A stretch of DNA of 64,000 nt from Octopus sinensis. Lineage: Eukaryota. This document shows, one piece after another, positions 45,810-59,809 of this stretch. Position 1 is the first letter of the stretch. Every line of letters starts with the position of its first letter. The position numbers and the translations under genes were made by a program. The notes under the pieces were generated by a model. It ran no database searches, had not been told where the DNA came from, and saw nothing but the letters and a program-made list of their open reading frames with translations. The stretch is from the NCBI RefSeq assembly GCF_006345805.1, contig NW_021832281.1:68853-132852 (forward strand), written 5' to 3'.

Positions 45810-48800
45810 CTAAACACAAGAGGGACAGAAATAGGGAAGAAAAGTGAGAAATTATCACAACAAAGTTAACGAAATAAACAAAGTTAACGAAATAAACAAA
45901 GTTAATGAAATAAACAGACGGGTGTAGGAGTGGCTGTGTGGTAAGTAGCTTGCTTACCAACCACATGGTTCCGGGTTCAGTCCCACTGCGTGGCACCTTG
46001 GGCAAGTGTCTTCTACTATAGCCTCGGGTCGACCAAAGCCTTGTGAGTGGGTTTGGTAGACGGAAACTGAAAGAAGCACGTCATATATATATACATGATC
46101 CCTGTGCCGGTGGCACTTACAAAGCACGATCTGAACGTGGCCGATGCCAGCGCCGCCTTGACTGGCTTCCGTGCCGGTGGCACGTAAAAAGCACCAACCG
46201 ATTGTGGCCATTGCCAGCCTCGCCTGGCACCTGTGCCGGTGTCACGTAAAAAGCACCCACTACACTCACAGAGTGGTTGGCGTTAGGAAGGGCATCCAGC
46301 TGTAGAAATACTGCCAGATCTGACTGGCCTGGTGCAGCCTTCGGGCTCCCCAGACCCCAGTTGAACCGTCCAACCCATGCTAGCATGGAAAGCGGACGTT
46401 AAATGATGATGATGATGATGATAGGCGCAGGAGTGGCTGTGTGGTAAGTAGCTTCATGACCAACCACATGGTTCTGGGTTCAGTCCCATTGTGGCACCTT
46501 GGGCAAGTGTCTTCTACTATAGCCTCGGGCCGACCAATGCCTTCTGAGTGGATTTGGTAGACGGAAACTGAAAGAAGCCTGTCATATATATACATATATA
46601 TATATATATAGGTGCAGGAGTGGCTGTGTGGTAAGTAGCTTCATGACTAACCACATGGTTCTGGGTTCAGTCCCATTGTGACACCTTGGGCAAGTGTCTT
46701 CTACTATAGCCTCGGGCTGACCAAAGCCTTCTGAGTGGATTTGGTAGACGGAAACTGTAATAATAATAATAATCATAATAATAATTCTGACCAATCAGAA
46801 ACTGAAATTAACATGTCAGTTTCTGATTGGACAATAATAAGTAATTATTTTTCCAGAACTATGTAAAAAGTGTAAAATATACAGTCTAATATTTGTAAAT
46901 ATATACGCTAGATATAGTGCAACTCCCTCTCCCCAGATACACTGCACCACACACACACGTTCTAGATATGGTGTGCATATCTATCTATATTATATTATAT
47001 TATGTTTATATATATATATATTTATATATGTAATGGGAAGGTTTACGAAAATAAACAAAAGACGAAGGCAGGTGGAGTACAAACAAACAAATGTATTAGT
47101 ATGGCGTTTAGAAATAGAAATAGAACAAGTCTTTTACGTTTCGAGCCTACGCTCTTCAGCAGAAAGATACTCAGAAAAAAACAAGGAGAGAAAAAAATGC
47201 GTGTAGGAGCTAATGATCTATCAATATGTATAAATGTATGTATGTATGTATGTATGTATGTATGTATGCACTTTCCTGTTCCATTGGGGTAAGATTAGCC
47301 AAGAAAGTACTGCATCCAGTGAGAGATGAATATCATTTAATGTACACACTGTAAAGATATGAGCTACAAGGCATGTTATAAGAACCTCCCTAGACACATG
47401 TCTTCAAAGCAAGAAACTGCTAATAGCTCATATCAATGTAGGGTGTGTATTAAATGATATGTATGTCTGTTAACTTAAAATAGTGTACACACACACACAC
47501 ACATATATATATGTGACGGTGCAATGACCCAGTGGTTAGGGCAGTGGACTCATGGTTGTAGGATCACGGTTTCGATTCCCAGACTGGGCGCTGTTAGTGT
47601 TTATTGAGCGAAAACACCCAAAGCTCCATGAGGCTCTGGCAGGGGGTGGTGGCGATCCCTGCTGTACTCTTTTGCTACAACTTTCTCTCACTCTTTCTTC
47701 TATTGGCCTGCTCACTTAGCCAGTGGGGTGGCGTCATTTGAAGGCTAAAACAATGCGAAGCGCATTGTGACCAGCGATGTGTAGCAACATCTGATAGCCT
47801 GGTCGGTCACGGTGATATATATATAGGGAGAGTTTACGAAAAAAACAAAAGATGAAGACAGGTGGTGTACAAAACAAACAGATGTATTAGTATAACGCTC
47901 AGGAATAGAAAAAGTCTTTTACGTTTTGAGCCTACGCTCATCTACAGAAAGGGACACAGAAAAAACAAGGACACACACACACACATACACGCACACACAT
48001 TCACAGCTATGTAGAGGGGACTGCTGACAGTTCAGTGAGTTAATCACAGAGAAGGTATACTGAACTATGTCACAGAGTGGTACCTACATACTGCTGAGTG
48101 GGCTGTGCATATGGACTATACAACCCAAATGACAAGAGGTGCACCAGAGATCAGTGATCTATTAACAGCTGGTTGAATACCCAGTCAATCCACTCATGAT
48201 ATATAAAAAAAATGATATAGAAAAAATGAAATTGATGAAAATGCGTAGGAGTGGCTGTGTGGTAAGTAGCTTGTCTACCAACCACATTGTTCCGGGTTCA
48301 GTCCCACTGCCTGGCACCTTGGGCAAGTGTCTTCTACTATAGCCTCGGGCCGACCAAAGCCTTGTGAGTGGATTTGGTAGACGGAAACTGAAAGAAGCCT
48401 GTTGTATATATGTATATATATATATATATGTGTGTGTATGTGTTTGTGTGTCTGTGTTTGTCCCCCTAGCATTGCTTGACAACCGATGCTGCTGTGTTTA
48501 TGTCCCTGTTACTTAGCAGTTCGGCAAAAGAGACCGATAGAATAAGTACTGGGCTTACAAAAGAATAAATCCCGGGGTCGATTTGCTTGACAACCGATGT
48601 TGGTGTGTTTATGTCCCCGTTACTTAGCGGTTCGGCAAAAGGAGACCGATAGAATAAGTACTGGGCTTACAAAAGAATAAATCCCGGGGGGTCGATTTGC
48701 TCGACTAAAGGCGGTGCTCCAGCATGGCCGCAGTCAAATGACTGAAACAAGTAAAAGAGGCATAGGAGTGGCTGTGTGGTAAGTAGCTTGTTTACCAACC

Positions 48801-48923
48801 ACATTGTTCCGGGTTCAGTCCCACAGCGTGACACCTTGGGCAAGTGTCTTCTACTATAGCCTCGGGTCGACCAAAGCCTTGTGAGTGGATTTGGAAGACG
48901 GAAACTGAAAGAAGACCGTTGTA

Positions 48924-48961
<38 letters not shown>

Positions 48962-49205
48962 TGTGTGTGTTTGTGTGTCTGTGTTTGTCCCCCTAGCATT
49001 GTGTGACAACCAATGCTGGTGTGTTTATGTCCCCGTTACTTAGCGGTTCGGCAAAAAGAGACCGATAGAATAAGTACTGGGCTTACAAAAGAATAAATCC
49101 CGGGGGGGCGATTTGCTCGACTAAAAAAGGCGGTGCTCCAGCATGGCCGCAGTCGAATGACTGAAAGAAGTAAAAGAGTAAAAAGAGTAAAGAGAGTGTA
49201 CAAAC

Positions 49206-49307
49206 CTCTCTCCGGATTTTTCCGTGGCCATCGAAGTTGTACAGCGTGAATGACCAGTCCTGCTTCTTCTCCGTCTTTCTGTCCACGTGGACCTGGCATT
49301 GGAAGGG
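49206..49307 (-). CDS. NKD: Naked cuticle (NKD) exon, EF-hand/EFX domain start (PFQCQVHVDRKTEKKQDWSFTLYNFDGHGKIRRE)
   Basis: GACAG acceptor and GTTTG donor; 102 nt, phase 0/0. Matches the NKD signature LQCDVS...QEWTFTLYDFDNNGKVTRE. Confidence 0.93.
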
Positions 49308-49550
49308 CTGTCAACAGAAATAACAACAACAACAACAATTACAACTATAACAACAACACTGAGAGTATTTCTGATTAAGGCCTTAATTTTAGACAGAAGG
49401 GGAAGGGGGTCAGTTGATATCATCGAGCCCAGTATATGACTGGTACTTTGTGTCATCGACCCTGAAGGAATAAAAGGCATTAAAAAGATTTAGCTTAAAA
49501 ACGCTCAGAACTTTCCAGAAAACCCAATATGAAGGGCTTCTTTCAGTTTC

Positions 49551-49967
49551 TTATTTCTTTACTGCCCACAAGGGGCTAAACACAGAGGGGGACAAACAAG
49601 GACAGACAAAGGGATTAAATCGATTACATTGACCCCAGTGCATAACTGGTACTTAATTTATCGACCACGAAAGTTTGAAAGGCAAAGTCGACCTCGGCGG
49701 AATTTGAACTCAGAACGTAACTGCAGACGAAATACCTATTTCTTTACTATCCACAAGGGGCTAAACATAGAGTGGACAAACAAGGACAGACAAAGGGATT
49801 AAGTCGATTACATCGAACCCAATGCATAACTGGTACTTAATTTATCGACCCCCAAAAGGATGAAAGGCAAAGTCGACCTCAGTGGAATTTGAACTCAGAA
49901 TTTAACGGCAACAAATTACCGCTAAGGATTTCGTCCGGCGTGCAAACGTTTCTGCTAGCTCACCACC
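49551..49967 (-). mobile_element. SINE family A, head + 2 bodies
   Basis: The reverse-complement junction GAAATACC|TATTTCTTT lies at about 49730-49745. Confidence 0.85.
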
Positions 49968-50977
49968 TTAAAAGGGACAAACTAGCGCTAGGCATTTTGT
50001 TCAGCGTGCAAATGGTTCACACTCACATATGTATATGCTCACACACATAGATACACATATATTATAAACACATGCTTCTACACACAACACACACGAAACA
50101 TGGAGTAGATGAAACAAAGGCGACTGAAGAAGGGGAATTTTCCTTGTTTTGTATGTCCTGTACTCTATTTTTTCGTTGTTTAAGAAAAATGTCCATTTCC
50201 TTGGTTTTGTGTTTATGTTTTCGTTTCTCATTGTGTTCGACGTTTTTTTGGTGTCCTGTACCCATATATGCATGTATATATATACATGTAGAGGTAGGTA
50301 CGTACATATATGTGTGTATATATATACATGTAGAGGTAGGTACGTACATATATGTGTGTATATATGCATGTTTTATTTATTATATATATATATACACACA
50401 TTCATATATACATTCATATATGCATAAATATCCTCACACATCTACAGACATACATATATACATACATACATGCATGGACACACACACACACACACATTCT
50501 TATATACATATCCTCACACATACACATGCATTCATAGATACGCAGACACACACACACACATGCATATATACACACATGCACACCTCACATGAAAGTTAAT
50601 AGTGTGAAAACACACAACACACCACCACCGACAACAACAACAAGACAACAAAGATTTAGTAAATGATGATGATGATGATGATGATTGGGATAAAGTGGAG
50701 AAGGGGGTGAAAGAAAATCAGGGTGGGTAAAGAAAGAGAGAGAGAGCGGGAGGGAGGGACCCAGAAGGCAAAGAGATAATACAGACAGAATTAAGGGTGG
50801 GGCTGGGCTGGGCTGGGGGGGAAAAAAAAGGGGTAGAAAGTGTGTCTGCTTCCCCCCCCCCACTCTACTTCATCCACCCCGCTTCCTACCCTCATCACCA
50901 CACAGGCATTCTGCTACCCATCATATCTTTTTACAGCACCCCCTAGACACCACAACCATCACTGCCACCCACCGCCC

Positions 50978-51003
50978 TACTGCTGCTGCTGCTGCTGCTG
51001 CTG

Positions 51004-51037
<34 letters not shown>

Positions 51038-51069
51038 CGCTGCTGCTTCTGCTGCTGCGGTTACTACTC

Positions 51070-51108
<39 letters not shown>

Positions 51109-51129
51109 CTACTACTACTACTACTACTC

Positions 51130-51204
<75 letters not shown>

Positions 51205-51243
51205 CTACTACTACTACTACTACTACTACTCCTACTACTACTC

Positions 51244-51274
<31 letters not shown>

Positions 51275-51306
51275 CGCTGCTGCTTCTGCTGCTGCGGTTA
51301 CTACTC

Positions 51307-51351
<45 letters not shown>

Positions 51352-51486
51352 CTACTACTACTACGCTACTACTACTACTACTCCTACTACTACTACTACT
51401 ACTACTACTCCTCCTACTACTCCTACTACTACTACACTACTACTACTACTACTACACGCTGCTGCTTCTGCGCTGCGGTTACTACC

Positions 51487-51547
<61 letters not shown>

Positions 51548-51665
51548 CTACTCCTACTACTACTCCTACTACTACTACTACTACCTACTACTACCGCTGC
51601 TGCTCTGCTGCTGCGGTTACTACTCCTACTACTACTACTAGTACTCTACTACTACTACTACTGCT
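50978..51665. repeat. (CTA)n/(CTG)n compound trinucleotide tract with duplicated CTACCGCTGCTGCTTCTGCTGCTGCGGTTA blocks
   Basis: Directly visible. A (CAT)n tract also lies at 53290-53612. Confidence 0.95.
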
Positions 51666-52219
51666 GTGCCTCCCCCAACCTACTCCCACGCCACCCCTCT
51701 ACCACCGCTCGGTAAACAGAGTACAGCCAACACCCCAGACTTTTTACATAGGCTATTGATAAGGTGTCTCTGCCCCTACCCACCCACCCACCCACCACCA
51801 CCCACCCAACCTCACAAGCAGCAGTACCATCATCATCATCATCATCATCAACATACTCTCCCACCACAACCACCACCACCACCACCACATGGCAATTAGA
51901 AGCATGGCAGTGGCTCCTCTACCGCCATCATCATCGTCTCTACCATCATCATCACAACCACCACCACCACCACTGCTGCCATCATCACCATCATCAACAT
52001 CATCATGACCTTCACCACTGCCGCCACCACCACCACCACCACCACCAACAACAACAACAAAAACAACATTATCATAACCAGTATCATCACCATCAACATC
52101 AATATTTTCCCACTACCATTACCACCACCACCACCACCAATACCGCCGGTCTATCAGAAATCTTCAAAGGCATTCCAACGACTTGCATCATACATACATA
52201 CATACATACATACATACAT

Positions 52220-52281
<62 letters not shown>

Positions 52282-52617
52282 ACGAATAGTAGTACCCTCA
52301 ATATAATATATCTATATATAATATATATATATATATATATAGGAGATAAATAAAAATATATGCATACATACAAACATATATGTACGTACCTACATCTACA
52401 TGTATATATACATGCATAATAAATATTATACGAAGTACAGGACATCACAATAAGACGTAGAAACAGAAAAAGCCAAAAAACAAAAAACAAGAAAACGGAA
52501 AACGAAAACCAAATACAGGACAGGTTACACAAGGACAAAACCCCCGTCATCAGCTGTCGCTAGAGGAGTCAGGCATATATATATAATATATATATATAAT
52601 ATATATACACATATACA

Positions 52618-52651
<34 letters not shown>

Positions 52652-53347
52652 CATATATATAATATATATATACACACACACACTTATATATATATAAACA
52701 CACATATATATATACACATAATATACACACACATACATAAATATATATATATATATATACATACACACACATACATACACACATGCAGACGTTGTGTATT
52801 TAGGCATACACACACACGCACTCACACAGACAGATATACACTTAAATAGCAATGTGCCTATATAAATGTGTGTGCTTGTGTGTATGTATATACACTTACA
52901 CACACACACACACACACACATCACATCACATACACACACACATGCCACACACACATACACACACACACACACATCACATCACATACACACACACATGACA
53001 TCACATACACACACGCGCCACACACACCAACTCATGCATAAAAATACACACATTATATCTTTCATCTTGTCTCAGACTTGCTTCAGTCTTTTGACTGCGG
53101 CCATGCTGGGGCACCGCCTTGAGGAATTTTAGTGAAATGAATCGAACCCAGTACATTTTCCTTTAAAGCGTGGTACTTATTTTTTATCGGTCTCTTTTGC
53201 CCAACCGCTAAGTTAAGAGGACGTAAACACACCAGCACCGATTGTCAAGTGATGGTGGGAGACAAACACAGACACAAAGACACATGCACACACACAACAC
53301 ACACACACAATCATCATCATCATCATCCCCATCATCATCATCATCAT

Positions 53348-53396
<49 letters not shown>

Positions 53397-53779
53397 CCAT
53401 CATCATCATCCCTATCATCATCATCATCATCATCATCCCCATCATCATCATATCATCATCATCATCATCATCATCCCCATCATCATCATCCCCATCATCA
53501 TCATCATCATCATCATCCCCATCATCATCATCATCATCATCATCGTCGTCGTCGTCATCACCACCATCATCATCATCATCATCATCATCATCCTCATCAT
53601 CATCATCATCATTTAATGACCGTTGTCCAATTTGACTAAAAGCTGGGGTGGGGTGGGGTGGGGATTTGCACCAGGTTCCAATCTGATTTGGCATGGTTTC
53701 TACAGCTGGATGCCCTTCCTAATGCCAACCACTCCAAGAGTGTAGCCGGTACTTTTTACGCGTCACCAGCACAGGTACC

Positions 53780-55091
53780 AGTTATGAAACAGTCACAAGG
53801 CCAAATATATCTGAAAGTTTCATCCGAATCCATCCAGCGGTTCTTGAGGTATCTTGTCCACGGACAAACAAACACAACTGAAAACAATACCTCCGCCTTT
53901 GGTGTAGCTAATAATAATAATCTGGAGGCGCAATGGCCCAGTGGTTAGGGCAGCGGACTCGCAGTTGTAGGATCGTGGTTTCGATTCCCAGACCGGGCGT
54001 TGTGAGTGTTTATTGAGCGAAAACACCTAAAAGCTCCACGAGGCTCCGGCAGGGGATGGTGGTGATCCCTGCCGTACTCTTTCACCACAACTTTCTCCCA
54101 CTCTTACTTCCTGTTTCTGTTGTACCTGTATTTCAAAGGGCCAGCCTTGTCACTCTCTGTGTCACGCTGAATATCCCCGAGAACTACGTTAAGGGTACAC
54201 GTGTCTGTGGAGTGCTCAGCCACTTACACGTTAATTTCACGAGCAGGCTGTTCCGTTGATTCGGATCAACCGGAACCCTCGTCGTCGTAACCGACGGAGT
54301 GCTTCCATCATTCCAATAATAATCTCTTTTTTATTAACCCCATGGGCTGAATACAAAACAAAGAGGGACAATACAACACAAGGGACAACTGGGGCCTAGC
54401 ACAATATTCGTGTAAAAATAAAATAAAACAAGAGCCCTCACAGAGCGCAAACCTCCACCAAGGCAACACCAACATCCTCTCAACGATTAGCCGGAGATGC
54501 TTGCGTGCGGTTTTTCAAGATCAGTGACGAAAAGTTACTGGAAAAACCATATAAGGATTTGCATTGGGACCTCCTTTCATCGAAAACCGGTGATTGCCAT
54601 ACGCCGACGACAGGTCAATACCTAGAAACTGCAGTCCGTGCATATCACTTAGGTTGACGAGGGAAGGATGAACTCCCTTTGCAAATACCATAAGGGCACA
54701 GAAAGTGTGCCTAAAACCAGCTGGTGACGGTGTTCTCCTGGGGCTAAAAGCTACAGTAACACCCACCCTTAGTGGTTAGCCATATTGAGATGGCTAGTAC
54801 ACCTCACATTTTTAAAATAAGAATATCTGAAATAAACTCAACTGCACTTACAAATGAGAATACTAAAAATGAACCCAACCACTCTCACAAATTAAGTTAA
54901 AAAAACTGGAAGAAAATAATCCAGAATCCTTGTCCGGTACCGGATTGATCCAAAATCTAATAAGTTCATACCAGTCATGAGGCCAAACATCACTGAAAGT
55001 TTTTCGAATCCATCGAATGGTTCTTGAGATATCTTGTCCAGGGGAAGAAAAAAAAACACGACTGAAAACAATACCTCTGCCTTCGCTAATA

Positions 55092-55146
<55 letters not shown>

Positions 55147-55603
55147 CGACGACGACGATGATGATGATGATGATGGTGATGATGATTATGATGATGATGA
55201 TGATGGTGATGATGATTATGATGATGATGATGATGGTGACGATGACGATGACGACGATGATGATGATGATGATAACAAGAGCACTCAGAGAGTGCAAATC
55301 TCTGCCAAGGCAACACCAATGTCCTTTCAACGATCAGCCAGAGATGATTTTTAAAATGAGAATATCTGAAATACACTCGACTGCTCTCACAAATTAAGTT
55401 AAAAAAACTGGAAAAAAATAATCCAGAATCCTTGTCTGGTACTGGATCGATCCCAAAATCTAATCAGTTCGTGCCTGTCATGAGGTCAAAGATCACTGAA
55501 AGTTTCATCCGCATCCATCCAGTGGTTCTTGAGATATCTTGTCCAGGGGAAGAAAAAAAAACACGGAAAAAATACGACTGAAAACAATACCTCTGCCTTC
55601 GCA

Positions 55604-55644
<41 letters not shown>

Positions 55645-56503
55645 GAGCACTCAAAGAGCGCAAATCTCTGCCAAGGCAACACCAATGTCCTCTCAACGAT
55701 CAGCCAGAGATGATTTTTAAAATAAGAATATCTGAAATAAACTCAACTGCACTTACAAATGAGAATACTAAAAATGAACCCAACCACTCTCACAAATTAA
55801 GTTAAAAAAACTGGAAGAAAATAATCCAGAATCCTTGTCCGGTACCGGATTGATCCCAAAATCTAATAAGTTCATACCAGTCATGAGGCCAAACATCACT
55901 GAAAGTTTTATCCGAATCCATCGAATGGTTCTTGAGATATCTTGTCCAGGGGAAGAAAAAAAAACACGACTGAAAACAATACCTCTGCCTTCGCTAATAA
56001 TGATGATGATGATGATGATGATGAGATATGATGATGATGATGATGATGATGATGACGACGACGACGATGATGATGATGATGATGGTGATGATGATTATGA
56101 TGATGATGATGATGGATGATGATTATGATGATGATGATATGGTGACGATGACGATGACGACGATGATGATGATGATGATAACAGAGCACTCAGAGAGTGC
56201 AAATCTCTGCCAAGGCAACACCAATGTCCTTTCAACGATCAGCCAGAGATGATTTTTAAAATGAGAATATCTGAAATACACTCGACTGCTCTCACAAATT
56301 AGTTAAAAAAACTGGAAAAAAATAATCCAGATCCTTGTCTGGTACTGGATCGATCCAAAATCTAATCAGTTCGTGCCTGTCATGAGGTCAAAGATCACTG
56401 AAAGTTTCATCCGCATCCATCCAGTGGTTCTTGAGATATCTTGTCCAGGGGAAGAAAAAAAAACACGGAAAAAATACGACTGAAAAATACCTCTGCCTTC
56501 GCA

Positions 56504-56547
<44 letters not shown>

Positions 56548-57269
56548 GAGCACTCAAAGAGCGCAAATCTCTGCCAAGGCAACACCAATGTCCTCTCAAC
56601 GATCAGCCAGAGATGATTTTTAAAATAAGAATATCTGAAATACACTCGACTGCTCTCACAAACGAGAATACTAAAAATGAACCTGACCGCTCTCAAAAAT
56701 TAAGTAAAAAAAACTGGAAGAAAATAATCAGGATCCTTGTCCAGTATTGGATTGATCCCAAAATCTAATCAGTTCATACCAGTCACGAGGCCAAAGATCA
56801 CTGAAAATTTTATCTGAATCCATCCAGTGGTTCTTGAGATATCTTGTCCACGGACAAACAAACAAACAGGGCTGGAAACAATACCTCCGCCTTTGCTAAG
56901 GCGGAGATAATAATAACAATGGCACTCAGAGAGCACAAACCTCTGCCAAAGCAACACCAACATCCTCTCAACGATTAGCCAGAGATGATTTTTTAAAATG
57001 AGAATATCTGAAATAAACTCGACTGCTCTCACAAATGAGTGTACTAAAGATGAACCTGACCACTCTTAAAAATTAAGTTAAAAAACTGGAAGAAAATAAT
57101 CCAGAATCCTTGTCTGGTACCTAATCGATCCCAAAATCTAATCAGTTTGTGCCAGTTATGAGGCCAAAAATATCTGAAAGTTTCATCCGAATCCATCCAG
57201 CAGTTCTTGAGATATCTTGTCCATGGACAGACAAACAAATGCGACTGAAAACAATACCTCCGCCTTCCC

Positions 57270-57308
<39 letters not shown>

Positions 57309-57650
57309 GAGCACTCAGAGAGCGCAAACCTCTGCCAAAGCAACACCAATGTCCTCTCAACGATTAGCCAGAGATGGTTTTTAAAATGAGAATATCTGAA
57401 ATAAACTCAACTGCTCTTACAAACGAGAATACTAAAAATGAACCTGACCATTCTCAAAAATTAAGGAAAAAAGAACAAGAGAAGCAATCCAGGATCCCTG
57501 TCCGGTACCGGATTGATCCCAAAATCTTATCAGTTCATGCCACTCATAAGGCCAAACATCCCTGAAAATTTTATCCGAATCCATCCAGTGGTTCTTGAGA
57601 TATCTTGTCCACAGACAAACAAACAAATCAACATGGCTGGAAACAATACC
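53780..57650 (-). mobile_element. Tandem array of a non-autonomous Helentron-like (HINE/DINE-1-type) element: 7 copies plus a 5' fragment, separated by (AAT)n or (GAT)n
   Basis: Each copy (minus strand) starts TTA..CCTCCGCC/GGCGGAGGTATTGTTTTC..GTTTGTTTGTCC..GATATCTCAAGAACC..GGATGGATT..GATGAAA and ends TTGGCAGAGGTTTGCGCTCTCTGAGTGCTCTTGTT (subterminal inverted repeat + 3' stem-loop). Confidence 0.7.
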
Positions 57651-59188
57651 TATTTCTTTACTACCCACAAGGGGCTAAACATAGAGGGGACAAGCAAGGA
57701 CAGACATAGGTATTAAGTCGATTACATCGACCCCAGTGCGTAACTGGTACTTAATTTATCGACCCCGAAAGGATGAAAGGCAAAGTTGACCTCGGCGGAA
57801 TTTGAACTCACAACGTAACGGCAGACAAAATACCTATTTCTTTACTACCCACAAGGGGCTAAACATAGAGGGGGACAAGCAAGGACAGACATAGGTATTA
57901 AGTCGATTACATCGACCCCAGTGCGTAACTGGTACTTAATTTATCGACCCCCGAAAGGATGAAAGGCAAAGTCGACCTCGGCGGAATTTGAACTCAGAAC
58001 ATAACAGCAGACTAAATACCTATTTCTTTATTACCCACAAGGGGCTAAACATAGAGGGGACAAACAAGGACAGACATAGGTATTAAGTCGATTACATCGA
58101 CCCCAGTGCGTAACTGGTACTTAATTTATCGACCCCGAAAGGATGAAAGGCAAAGTTGACCTCGGCGGAATTTGAACTCACAACGTAACGGCAGACAAAA
58201 TACCTATTTCTTTACTACCCACAAGGGGCTAAACACAGAGGGGGGACAAACAAGGACAGACAAATGGATTAAGTCGATTATATCGACCCCCAATGCGCAA
58301 CTGGTACTTAATTTATCGACCTCGAGAGGATGAAAGGCAAAGTCGACCTCGGCGGAATTTGAACCCAGGACGTAACGGCAGACGAAATACCTATTTCTTT
58401 ATTACCCACAAGGGGCTAAACATAGAGGGGGACAAGCAAGGACAGACATAGGTATTAAGTCGATTACATCGACCCCAGTGCGTAACTGGTACTTAATTTA
58501 TCGACCCCGAAAGGATGAAAGGCAAAGTTGACCTCGGCGGAATTTGAACTCACAACGTAACGGCAGACAAAATAACCTATTCTTTACTACTTCTTTACTA
58601 CACACAAGGGGCTAACCATAGAGGGGACAAGCAAGGACAGGACATAGGTATTAAGTCGATTACATCGACCCCAGTGCGTAACTGTACTTAATTTATCGAC
58701 CCCCCGAAAGGATGAAAGGCAAAGTCGACCTCGGCGGATTTGAACTCAGAACATAACGCAGACTAAATACCTATTTCTTTATTACCCACAAGGGGCTAAA
58801 CATAGAGGGGGAAACCAGGCAAGACAGACATAGGTATTAGTCGATTACATCGACCCAGTGCGTAACTGGTACTTTTTAATATCGACCCCGAAAGGATGAA
58901 AGGCAAAGTTGACCTCGGCGGAATTTGAACTCCAAACGTAACGGCAGAAACAAATACCTATTTCTTTACTACCCACAAGGCTAAACACAGAGGGGGACAA
59001 ACAAGGACAGACAAATGGATTAAGTCGATTACTATCGACCCCAATGCGCAACTGGTACTTATTTATCGACCTCGAGACATGAAAGGCTAAGTCGACCTCG
59101 GCGGAATTTGAAGAACCCAGAACGTAGCGGCAGCGAAATACGGCTACGCATTTCGCCCCGGCGTGCTAACGATTCTACCAGCTCGCCA
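57651..59188 (-). mobile_element. SINE family A, head + 8 tandem bodies, inserted in the terminal palindrome of a HINE copy
   Basis: Bodies begin near 57651, 57835, 58021, 58205, 58392, 58578, 58772 and 58959. Flanks are AACAATACCT (left) and CTAAGGCGGAGGTAAT (right). Confidence 0.85.
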
Positions 59189-59476
59189 CTAAGGCGGAGG
59201 TAATAACTATCCTCAACATCCTCATCCTCTTATGTCTGTCTTCTATGCTGGCATGGGTTAGGTGAGCCATTACTACATTCCCACATAGGTCAGACAACTA
59301 CGGCTCACTCCTGATTTTTGGTTTGACTTAGATTTCTTCCCCCAGCACGTTACGCTGGCATCGGGTGTTCTTGAAATTGTGGCATCAGAGGCATTTAAAG
59401 GCTGGCTTTTATTTGAAACACTTAACGAGCCCTTATCATGCTACGGTATCACAGTTTGTTGGAGGTAACACATGAC

Positions 59477-59510
<34 letters not shown>

Positions 59511-59681
59511 TGAAAGAATCAAGGTGAAAAGGATGAAAGAAGAGCAAGGTGGGAGAGACAGAATGATTGAAGTGGGAGGGTGGCAGAGGAGGAAGTAATG
59601 GAAGAGAGACTAACACACACACATACATATTTATATTCATGTGTGAGTAGGTGTGTGTGATGTTATGTATATATGTATACG

Positions 59682-59732
<51 letters not shown>

Positions 59733-59734
59733 AG

Positions 59735-59809
<75 letters not shown>

